In this document: piece after piece, positions 56,875-64,000 of the stretch | Layout: each line of letters begins with the position of its first letter | Numbering within the stretch: the stretch's first letter is position 1 | Source of the DNA: Nitrososphaerota archaeon | GTDB taxonomy: Archaea; Thermoproteota; Nitrososphaeria; PSMU01 | DNA: 64,000 nucleotides | Direction: 5' to 3' | Assembly (NCBI GenBank): GCA_040290255.1 | Contig: PSMU01000002.1 | Coordinates: 1 to 64,000, forward strand | Position numbers and translations under genes: made by a program | Notes under the pieces: generated by a model | The model's input: the letters and a program-made list of their open reading frames with translations, nothing else | The model's database searches: none | Told to the model about the DNA's origin: nothing

Positions 56875-57261
56875 GTGCCCAAGTTCCTGGCCAGCATAGA
56901 TTTCGGCTCGCTCAATCGCCGCCTCTGGCGCCTGCTGATGGTTTTTGTGCTGCTCAACTTCGCGGATGTTGCGATAACGCTCCTAGCGCTGCGCTCGGGC
57001 CACTTTGTGGAGCTCAACCCCCTCGCCTCCCAGCTCTTCAGCCGGCGCATGCCGGGCTTCCTGCTGGCGCTGCTGCTGAAGTACATGCCCTTGGCGCCGA
57101 TGCTCTACGCGTGCAGCCTGGATCCCGAGCACGATGGCCGACAACGGCAGGTGAGGGCGATTAAGCTGGGCACGTTCGCGGCCCTCTTCGCGGCGAACTC
57201 TTACTTGATGGGGCTGCTGGCCTTCAACGCATATAACCTGCTGAGCCTGCAGTTCTCATAA
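56875..57261 (+). CDS. DUF5658-like small membrane protein
   Basis: LNFAD..IT..AL..G...ELNPL, LLK. Confidence 0.7.
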   Translation: MPKFLASIDFGSLNRRLWRLLMVFVLLNFADVAITLLALRSGHFVELNPLASQLFSRRMPGFLLALLLKYMPLAPMLYACSLDPEHDGRQRQVRAIKLGTFAALFAANSYLMGLLAFNAYNLLSLQFS

Positions 57262-57272
57262 AAAAAGAAAGG
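57259..57272 (-). terminator. Oligo-T terminator after the major pilin gene
   Basis: TTTCTTTTTTT on the minus strand just downstream of the stop at 57278. Confidence 0.55.
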
Positions 57273-57277
57273 TCGGC

Positions 57278-57739
57278 TTATCGGAAGGTGCCTGAGAAGG
57301 GCACCTGAGCGCCGTTGCTCAAGGATACGATGCCGCTGAACTGGGAGCCGGGCGTTGGTGGAGGGTTGAGGGAACCGCTCAGCTGGATATAGAGCTGCCC
57401 TCCTGCCGGCACCGTGCAGGTCGCTGGATCAGCATCAGCAGTAACGCCGCCCAGCGTCACAGCTATGACTGATACGTTAGATGTTCCGCTGTTCCTTAGC
57501 AGGAGATATGAGCCACTGGGGGCAGTAGCACACGTCGCATCCAACGAGCGACCAGAGCTGAAGTCGGCCGCGCGAAGCACTGCCTGCACCACGGTGACCT
57601 GGGGCGTGCTGGTGAAGCCGCTGAAGAGCCCGAAGACGAAGCCCGCTATCGCGACGGCAGCTATCAGGGTGATGGCGATGAGGATGACCGTGGCGATGAC
57701 CGGCGATACGGCCCTTCTCTTGCTCATCCTTGGCCGCAT
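57278..57739 (-). CDS. Probable major archaeal pilin
   Basis: KRRA/VSPVIATVILIAITLIAAVAIAGFVFG canonical class III signal; own promoter and terminator. Confidence 0.92.
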   Translation of the reverse strand: MRPRMSKRRAVSPVIATVILIAITLIAAVAIAGFVFGLFSGFTSTPQVTVVQAVLRAADFSSGRSLDATCATAPSGSYLLLRNSGTSNVSVIAVTLGGVTADADPATCTVPAGGQLYIQLSGSLNPPPTPGSQFSGIVSLSNGAQVPFSGTFR

Positions 57740-57773
57740 TGCGCGCTTGGCCGGCGCATTTTATTTAATCGTT

Positions 57774-57820
57774 ATGAACCACTGCTCCACTTCAGAAATA
57801 TAAATGGATTCATAGTCCAT
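57774..57820. promoter_or_regulatory. Two ATRRA-N7-TYCAY palindromes in the pilin divergent promoter
   Basis: ATGAA-CCACTGC-TCCAC 57774-57790 and ATGGA-TTCATAG-TCCAT 57804-57820, flanked by TATA boxes. Confidence 0.65.
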
Positions 57821-57853
57821 AAAGTCTATTAAAATAGTTCGGAGCCCGAGCTC

Positions 57854-58351
57854 ATGGCCGAGGAGAAGGAGGGAGCGCTGTCAGGCCTTATAAGCGAGCT
57901 GGAGGAGCTGCAGAGCGAGTTCTCCCAGCTCTCCGAGCTTGCGGAGCTCGAGAGGAGCTATGCGCTGAGGGTGGTGGAGGCCCTTAAGGCGATACAGACC
58001 GAGGTGGACGTAGCTATAAGGCTCGATCCTGAGGCGCTGCGGGGGTATAAGGGGTCCGTGCGTGAAGTGTATCTGCTGCCCGAGGCCGTGCTCATGCTGG
58101 CCTATGAAGGAGGAGGAAGCGAGAGCAGGCCCCTCTCCAAGTTCCCCAGCGAGGTGGTGCTCTCCGTGCTTCAGGCAGCGGCGCCCGAGCTCAGGAAGCA
58201 GATCTCACAGAGGAGGAGGCAGGTGGGGGCCCGCGTGCACCTGTTCGAGAGGATCCTGAAGGGCCTGAAGAGGGCCGAGGCGCTCCTGGCCCATGAGGAG
58301 GCCGAGGAGGAGGGGACCGATGCCGTGCGCGCCGCGCTGGAGAGCGCGTAG
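57854..58351 (+). CDS. Hypothetical coiled-coil protein
   Basis: 165 aa; helical ends around a short beta-rich centre. Confidence 0.7.
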   Translation: MAEEKEGALSGLISELEELQSEFSQLSELAELERSYALRVVEALKAIQTEVDVAIRLDPEALRGYKGSVREVYLLPEAVLMLAYEGGGSESRPLSKFPSEVVLSVLQAAAPELRKQISQRRRQVGARVHLFERILKGLKRAEALLAHEEAEEEGTDAVRAALESA

Positions 58352-58353
58352 CC

Positions 58354-58812
58354 ATGCAGCAGGAGCAGGCGGGCAGCGGGCTGCTGAAGTTCTATTCTAG
58401 GGAGGCGCTCAAGGCCTATCTGAGAAAGCTGATGGAGAGCTACAGGGCGGGCATAGAGGCCTATGCGGAGCAGCTGGGCCCCCTCTTCAGGGATGAGGCC
58501 CAGGCCAAGCAGGCGCGCGCGGCGTCAAGGGGATGGATGAGGCTGGGCCCCCTTCTCTACAACGCCAGCGAGACCGATAGGGCCGTTGCCGAGGTGATGC
58601 TGCAGCTGATGGAGGAGCTCAAGGCTAAGCTGGCCAGGACCGAGGAGGCGCTCAGGGCCCTGGAGGACCCCGCGAACACCGCCCTTCCGGAGAGGGGGCA
58701 CTTCCTGCTCTGTATGAGACAGGGCGTGCCCGAGAGGCTCATCCTGGATATGCGGGAGAGGCAGGTGGAGCCCTTCGCCTTTGCCGCGAGCTTTAGGCTC
58801 GTCGAGGCCTAG
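58354..58812 (+). CDS. Hypothetical coiled-coil protein
   Basis: 152 aa; starts 2 bp after the upstream gene. Confidence 0.7.
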   Translation: MQQEQAGSGLLKFYSREALKAYLRKLMESYRAGIEAYAEQLGPLFRDEAQAKQARAASRGWMRLGPLLYNASETDRAVAEVMLQLMEELKAKLARTEEALRALEDPANTALPERGHFLLCMRQGVPERLILDMRERQVEPFAFAASFRLVEA

Positions 58813-60494
58813 AAGAGCGAGGAGAGCTGGAAGTAGGACTTCACGAAGTACTTCATCAGCTGGTAGGGCTCCTGTAGGGGACAGTTAATCAAGAAGTAGT
58901 TCTCAAGCCTCCTGCTCGCGATGCCGATGCCCAGCAGCAGCAGGCCCATCTTGCCCGCCTTCTTGAGCGAGGCCTCGAGCCTCTGCTCTATGCCCTCATA
59001 GCCCACCGCATACCCATCGGAGGCTACGACCAAGATGCGCGCTTCAGCCGGCCTTGCGGCCAGGGCCCTTGAGCAGACCTCTATGGCATCGGGCAGGAGC
59101 GTGGAGCTGCCCTGCGTAAGCCCGCCTATCCTGGCCCTGCTCTCCAGGTCATATTCTTCATCGAAGTCCTTCAGCACGAGCAGGCTGCTGTTGAAGGCAT
59201 AGAGCGCCCAGCGGTCGCTCGAGGGCATCACATCCTGGGCCACCTCCGCCAGGCAGGTGGCGATGCCCCTCACCTCCTGCGCCAAAGGGGCGAGGCTCTT
59301 GCTCGCGTCCAGCAGGATGGCCCAGGCCTCGTCCTTCCTCAGGGGCTCCTGCCACGTAAAGAATTCCTTCTTGGGCTTTTGCGAGGCCAGGGCCTGCACG
59401 GCCCTCTGCAGGTCCACATGCCCCTCCTCCACCACCTCCCTCTCCTCGAGCGCGCTCCTGATCTGCTTCAGCTGCTCCCTGATCGTCCTTATGGGCCCCG
59501 CCAGCGAGGACCTTGTCCGCAAATACATGGCATAATCGCTCCTGGGGAAGCTGAGCCCCTGCAGCCTCGTGGGCAGCAGAAGCGGGCTATACCGGCGCCT
59601 TATGGCCTCCCTCCTCTCCTGCCTAGCTTGCAGCGTCAAGAAGAACTCCCGGGCCTCCAGCTCCTGCCTCGTGGCCTCCTCCTGGCCTGGAGGGATGAGG
59701 CGTAGGGCGTCGTAGGCGGAGAGCAGCAGGGCATGCCCGTTCTTGTCCTTCTCGACCAGCTTATCCTCGAAGAGCGTGCAGGGCCCATGCTCCTCCGTAT
59801 GAGGAAGAAAGGGCACCTCCCTGAGCCTTCCCCTCTTGCCCAGCGCATTATACACGAGCTGCGCCGCCTGCTGAAGGCATGAGGGCACATCCTCATCCTC
59901 CAGGCTCAGCTGTACAAGCCTCCTCACCGCTTCGGCCAGCCCCCGCACCTCCCCGTCCGGCTTAGCCCCCTGGGAGGGCGAAAGCACGCCCCAGAGTTCG
60001 AGAAGGAGAGAGAGCGCAAAGGCATGGGGCTCATCGAGCTCCTGCAGGTCCCTGGCCCTCAGGCCCGCTATGTAATTGGCGTAGGCGATGTCCTCCAGGA
60101 TGCCTCCCCATCTCGTCGTCCCCAGCAGCGTGACCCTGTAATCCTCGACGAGCGAGGCGCAGAAGGTGGCCGCGTTGGGCTCCTTTCCCCTGGCCCACCT
60201 TACATAGAGCGAGAAGTCGGAGAAGGCGGCGTGCAGCGAGAGGTGATAAAGCGAGGCCTTGAAGAGGCGCCAGATCTGGGGCCAGGAGGCCTCATCGGCG
60301 TCAAAATACAGCCCGTGCAGCGCGTACAGGTCCGAGCCCTCGTCCTTCGGAAGGGGCAGGAGCAGCACGAAGCCCCTCTTATCCTGGCCCAGCCTCGGAT
60401 ATGTGAGCTGCTCATCCAGCACGACGCGCAGGGCCTGATGGTCCTTGCCCGCGATCGCGCTGGCGGTGGACCAGCAGAACTCCAGAGGGTTCAA
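58809..60494 (-). CDS. VWA (MIDAS) domain protein, CbbO/NorD-like
   Basis: ASLVEDYRV in the N-terminal region; ILLDASKS, GSST, VASDG, GIGI. Confidence 0.88.
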   Translation of the reverse strand: MNPLEFCWSTASAIAGKDHQALRVVLDEQLTYPRLGQDKRGFVLLLPLPKDEGSDLYALHGLYFDADEASWPQIWRLFKASLYHLSLHAAFSDFSLYVRWARGKEPNAATFCASLVEDYRVTLLGTTRWGGILEDIAYANYIAGLRARDLQELDEPHAFALSLLLELWGVLSPSQGAKPDGEVRGLAEAVRRLVQLSLEDEDVPSCLQQAAQLVYNALGKRGRLREVPFLPHTEEHGPCTLFEDKLVEKDKNGHALLLSAYDALRLIPPGQEEATRQELEAREFFLTLQARQERREAIRRRYSPLLLPTRLQGLSFPRSDYAMYLRTRSSLAGPIRTIREQLKQIRSALEEREVVEEGHVDLQRAVQALASQKPKKEFFTWQEPLRKDEAWAILLDASKSLAPLAQEVRGIATCLAEVAQDVMPSSDRWALYAFNSSLLVLKDFDEEYDLESRARIGGLTQGSSTLLPDAIEVCSRALAARPAEARILVVASDGYAVGYEGIEQRLEASLKKAGKMGLLLLGIGIASRRLENYFLINCPLQEPYQLMKYFVKSYFQLSSLF

Positions 60495-61516
60495 GCCTTA
60501 CGGACCCTTTTCTCCTCGCCGAAGGCCATCTGCACGAGCGTGCGCACCACGGCCTGCACATCGGGGTCATCGGATATGAGCGAGATGATCGTCTCCTCCG
60601 CCGCCTGCAAGGGGCTCAACCCATCGTAGACCAACGTGGCCCAGTTTATGAGGTCGGCCACGCTGGGCGCATAGGGCAGCTCGCCCGCCTTGTACCTCCT
60701 CCTGATCTCAGCCGCGACCCTCACCATCCTCTCCGAGACCTCCCCGGGCACCCTTCCCCTCGAGCTGACGAGCTCTATCTCCTTCTGCGAAATCCTGGAG
60801 CCGGAGCTCAGGTAATCGAAGTCTATCCAGACGCTCATCCTCCTCCTGAAGGCGGCGTTGAGCGGCTTGGTGCCCACGAACTCAAGGCTATAGGGGTTCA
60901 TGCTGATGATCATGTAGCCATAGGGGTGCCTGGGTATGATCTCGTTATCCTTCTCGGTCAGCACCAAGTGCCCCCTGGTGTCGAGCACGGGGTTAAGGCG
61001 GGTCGCTATGTCCTGCTTCATCATATTCGCCTCATCCAAGTAAAGTATCCCGCCATGCCTGCACCAGGAGACGATCTGGCCATCGACCCAGTTCTCCTTG
61101 CCCAGGCCCAGGAATCTGCCGAAGAGGTCATAGACTGAGGTCTGAAGGCTGCAGTTGATCTCCCAAAGGGGGAGGCCAGCGAGCTCGGCCACCAGATAGA
61201 CCACATGCGTCTTGCCCGTGCCGCTGGGGCCCACGAGCGCGCACTGCTTGAAGTAGTAGAGCGCCCTCATCACCCTCTCCACATACCTCTCGCCCTCATC
61301 CACGAACTCGGGCACGTTCTTGGGGATCAGGCTCGCGAACTTCTCGGGCACCGTATAGCCCTCGGAGAGGTCGTACTTCGTTACTCCGTACTTGCTGAGC
61401 AGCTGCAGCTGCCTGCTCTTCGCAAGCACGGAGAAGCGAACGGAAAGGCTGGCGCTCGGCCCCTTCAGCTGAACGGACTTCACGGTTGGGGTCTCTCGGC
61501 CGGCCGCCACGAGCAA
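60491..61516 (-). CDS. MoxR-type AAA+ ATPase, CbbQ/NirQ/NorQ-like
   Basis: GPSGTGKT, WVDG, LYLDEAN, SMNP, KPLN.AFRRR. Confidence 0.92.
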   Translation of the reverse strand: MLVAAGRETPTVKSVQLKGPSASLSVRFSVLAKSRQLQLLSKYGVTKYDLSEGYTVPEKFASLIPKNVPEFVDEGERYVERVMRALYYFKQCALVGPSGTGKTHVVYLVAELAGLPLWEINCSLQTSVYDLFGRFLGLGKENWVDGQIVSWCRHGGILYLDEANMMKQDIATRLNPVLDTRGHLVLTEKDNEIIPRHPYGYMIISMNPYSLEFVGTKPLNAAFRRRMSVWIDFDYLSSGSRISQKEIELVSSRGRVPGEVSERMVRVAAEIRRRYKAGELPYAPSVADLINWATLVYDGLSPLQAAEETIISLISDDPDVQAVVRTLVQMAFGEEKRVRKA

Positions 61517-61543
61517 TTGGCCATGTCTTATTAGTTAATGGTT

Positions 61544-61560
61544 ATGAATTCCTGCTCCAT
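61544..61560. promoter_or_regulatory. ATRRA-N7-TYCAY palindrome in the MoxR divergent promoter
   Basis: ATGAA-TTCCTGC-TCCAT; 61531-61559 closely matches 57761-57789. Confidence 0.65.
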
Positions 61561-61990
61561 GGGAGGGCAAGAGGGGAGCTTTTTTAAGGCGAAGCTGGAG
61601 AGTCGCGGCGTGCCCGAGGTATCCGTCAGCCTAAAGACCCTCGAGGCGGCGGTGCTCGGAAGCGAGGCGCCCCCGCCCTCGGTGAGCTATCGCGTCAACG
61701 TGAAGATGAGCGAGGAGGAGCGGAACCCCGGCTACCTTAGGGTGAGGTTCAGCTTTGAGCTGGAAGCGGAGCCCCCCATCGCGAAGCTGCAGGTCTCGGG
61801 CACGGCGCAGGTGACGGGCAAGGAGGAGGAGCTGCTGCCGCTCCTATCACAGAGCGCGAAGGAGGGCGCGCCTCCTCTCTTCATGCTCATCTACCAGAAG
61901 GTCTACCCCGTGATGTACCTGCTCGCGGGCGCGCTGAAGATCCCTTATCCCGCGCCCGGCCTCCTGAAGATAGGGCAGGGCGGCGCCTAG
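61559..61990 (+). CDS. Hypothetical protein, SecB-like fold predicted (paralogue A)
   Basis: Four alternating beta strands, then helix IYQKVYPVMYLLAGALKIPYP. Confidence 0.7.
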   Translation: MGGQEGSFFKAKLESRGVPEVSVSLKTLEAAVLGSEAPPPSVSYRVNVKMSEEERNPGYLRVRFSFELEAEPPIAKLQVSGTAQVTGKEEELLPLLSQSAKEGAPPLFMLIYQKVYPVMYLLAGALKIPYPAPGLLKIGQGGA

Positions 61991-61991
61991 C

Positions 61992-62423
61992 TTACCTTAC
62001 CAGGTGCACGTCCTTGACCAGCCAGGCGCTGGGGGCGCTTAGCCCCATCGTGTCTAGGAGCAGGTACAGCAGCGGATAGATGCTCCTGTAGATCTCCAGC
62101 GCGATCTTCCCCAGCTCCTCCTCGCCCAGCTCCTCCAGCGAGAGGACCTCCGCGCCATCGCAGCCGAGGAAGGCATCGCCCTCCAGCTCCGCCCTTTGCA
62201 TCGTGGGCATCGTTTCAATTACGAGCCTGAACTGCAGCTGCGCTCCCCCCTTCAGCCTCCTCACCTCCTTCAGCTCGGCCTGCAGGTCAAAGTTAAGGCC
62301 CTGCTGCTCGCTTCTCATGGCCAGCCTGGCTACCTTGAGCCTCCTTATGCTGGCCTCTATGCTCAGCTGAAGCTGCTGGCCCCGCTTCACGGCCTCGAGC
62401 TGGGGAGCAACAGGAGGCGCCAT
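61992..62423 (-). CDS. Hypothetical protein, SecB-like fold predicted (paralogue B)
   Basis: Same pattern, helix IYRSIYPLLYLLLDTMGLSAP. Confidence 0.7.
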   Translation of the reverse strand: MAPPVAPQLEAVKRGQQLQLSIEASIRRLKVARLAMRSEQQGLNFDLQAELKEVRRLKGGAQLQFRLVIETMPTMQRAELEGDAFLGCDGAEVLSLEELGEEELGKIALEIYRSIYPLLYLLLDTMGLSAPSAWLVKDVHLVR

Positions 62424-62425
62424 GG

Positions 62426-62749
62426 CTATCCACCCATGAGCGAGGTCCTTCGCCTCCAGTAAGGAGGCGCCCTGGAGGCGGCCCGGGGCCTGTAGCCCAT
62501 GGGCAGCCTGGCCAGGCCCCTATGGGAGCTGAGGGGCATCAGGGCCCTCCCGAGCATCCTGCTGATGGGCCTCCTCATCCACACCACGAGCCAGGCATCG
62601 AAAAGGGCGTAGAGGATCCCGAACTCCACGCCCAGCTGGTGAAGGCCTATGAAGTAAGCCGCGAGTATGCTTCCTATGTCCACTAAGGAGGCGACCATGT
62701 TTTCATACACCTCTTGATCCACGCGCAGCGTGAGGGAGCCTCGTTTCAA
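62426..62749 (-). CDS. Small membrane protein
   Basis: Two TM and a basic tail; TATATAAG just upstream. Confidence 0.55.
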   Translation of the reverse strand: MKRGSLTLRVDQEVYENMVASLVDIGSILAAYFIGLHQLGVEFGILYALFDAWLVVWMRRPISRMLGRALMPLSSHRGLARLPMGYRPRAASRAPPYWRRRTSLMGG

Positions 62750-62803
62750 GGCCTTATATAGTGCGTAGGTGCCGGGCTATAGACCAGGGATCCATGTTCA
62801 GGG

Positions 62804-63133
62804 CTAAAAGTAGGACCTCTTAGCATAGCCCTTGAGCAGCGCGTGGCCTGGCTGCTCAAACACGGGTTCCTGGGGCTCAGGGGCCAGGGCGCTCTCCACT
62901 TCATCGAAGAGGCGCAGCAGGGCATGGCCCTTGCTCGTGAGCGTGAGATATGTGCCCGAGGCCGTGCGCTCCAGCGCAACTAAGCCCTTATGCTGCAACA
63001 GCAGCAGCGCCTCCTTGAAGACGTTCCAGGAGAGGTTCGCCTTGAACATGACGCGGGTGCGCCTTGCCCTCCCCTCCTCCGCGATGGCCCTGAGTATGTC
63101 CACGAGCACCTCGAGCTTTGAGCGCCTGATCAC
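62804..63133 (-). CDS. Winged-helix transcriptional regulator (archaeal HTH_45-like)
   Basis: RRSKLEVLVDIL.AI....RTRVMFKANLSW......L..L..KGLV...Y.LT.KG; GTG start inferred. Confidence 0.88.
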   Translation of the reverse strand: MIRRSKLEVLVDILRAIAEEGRARRTRVMFKANLSWNVFKEALLLLQHKGLVALERTASGTYLTLTSKGHALLRLFDEVESALAPEPQEPVFEQPGHALLKGYAKRSYF

Positions 63134-63307
63134 TTCTAACGTATAATTAGCGCTATGGGATATAAGGCGGGCAGGAAAAAATGGCGGGCGCATCGATCGA
63201 TCCCTTAGGCGTTCACCAGGACAAGCCTCGCGAGGTTTAGATTGCCACCAGCTTCCTGCAAACGCGTTTGCAAGGCGACCGCCTTGCTCCATGAAAAGCC
63301 TTCTGCG

Positions 63308-64000
63308 CTAGGGGACCGCCGCGGCCTCCGCCTCAGCCCAGAACCTTATCGCGCTCAGCACCAAAGGCAGCCTCCTGCTCCCCACCAGCTCCAGCAGCAG
63401 CCTAGCTACGGCGTCGGGCGTGGCCAGCCTGGAGGCCTCCTGCTTGGCCCGAGGCGAAAGCTCATACCTCCTCTCTACCTTCCTGGCGAAGCCCTCCATC
63501 TCCAGCGCTCTTAGCGCCCTCTTCACCGCCTTCGGCTCGGCGCGGAAGCCCAACTGCCTGAGCGCCCTTCCGTTCACGCTGTAGCCGAGAAGGAGCAGCA
63601 CGCCCAGCCATGCCGCCAGCTCCTGGGAGCTCCTTATCTCATGTGAGGGGCGGGGAGCCCGCCTCATCTCCGGGGTCCTGGACACACTCAGCCTCCTCAC
63701 CACGGCCTCCACATCGCTCCTGGCCAGCCTCTCCTTTCGTTTCATCCTCTCGAGCAGCATGGATAAGGCCTTTTCCTGCTTGGGCCCCGGCAGCTTGTAG
63801 AGCGGGAAGGCCTTGCGCCAGCTGAGCCCCAGCCTCTCCAGCTCCTCCCTGACGTTGGGCGCGAGCCTGAGCAGCAGCCTCTTATGGGTCACCGTGGAGA
63901 GGGGGATGCCCAGCTCCCTGGCTATCCTCCTCAGCGTCCAGCCCCTCTCCCAGAGCCTCTGGACGAGGCTGGCCTCCCTGAGCGCCTGGCTCAGCGACGC
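63308..64000 (-). CDS. ParB/Spo0J-like HTH protein (5' end outside the window)
   Basis: Frame open to the window edge: REASLVQRLWERGWTLRRIARELGIPLSTVTHKRLLLRLAPNVREEL...LSWRKAFPL, plus a C-terminal wHTH-like segment. Confidence 0.7.
   Translation of the reverse strand, partial: ASLSQALREASLVQRLWERGWTLRRIARELGIPLSTVTHKRLLLRLAPNVREELERLGLSWRKAFPLYKLPGPKQEKALSMLLERMKRKERLARSDVEAVVRRLSVSRTPEMRRAPRPSHEIRSSQELAAWLGVLLLLGYSVNGRALRQLGFRAEPKAVKRALRALEMEGFARKVERRYELSPRAKQEASRLATPDAVARLLLELVGSRRLPLVLSAIRFWAEAEAAAVP

Noticed and set aside
51680-57739. Archaellum operon
   Set aside because: No ArlH/ArlF/ArlG or archaellin-type sequences recognised; the subunits look like pilins
58809-61516. Calling the pair norQ/norD of a denitrification pathway with nirK
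   Set aside because: No norBC in the window, the pair is about 30 kb from nirK, and its promoter motif is shared with pilin genes
1-64000. Numerous overlapping antisense or alternative-frame ORFs (e.g. 39977-41227, 53368-54342, 30913-31737, 43000-43794, 17697-18440)
   Set aside because: Shadow ORFs of well-supported genes in GC-rich DNA; no recognisable motifs
1-64000. CRISPR array or rRNA
   Set aside because: No regularly spaced direct repeats or rRNA-like sequence seen; nearly all space is coding

Overview
GC-rich archaeal chromosomal segment. A TACK archaeon, probably a non-ammonia-oxidising Nitrososphaerota-like lineage, is inferred from the thaumarchaeal-style CdvB/CdvC proteins, archaeal pilins, TATA promoters and overlapping start/stop coupling. 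From left to right: tRNA-Pro(TGG); an ESCRT-III x2 + Vps4 (cdv) cluster facing a TrmB regulator across a palindrome; housekeeping and repair genes (mpg, fen, ileS, stand-alone LigD phosphoesterase); a small accessory patch (HEPN pseudogene, split-barrel + MenA-like pair, serine recombinase); a copper respiratory island (three cupredoxins, nirK, Bat-type regulator, heme-copper oxidase II / I+III / IV); two enoyl-CoA hydratases; a bacterial-type coproporphyrin-dependent heme cluster (hemBCDEH + hemQ); tatAC; and a large Ig-like surface protein. The last ~13 kb is a type IV pilus locus embedded with a broken ftsZ, a MoxR AAA+/VWA pair, two SecB-like paralogues, a wHTH regulator and a ParB-like gene. 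Its intergenic regions share a repeated palindrome, ATRRA-N7-TYCAY. This pilus-associated module is the best candidate for an undescribed system. No CRISPR array or rRNA was seen. All assignments come from motif recognition by eye; no database searches were run.
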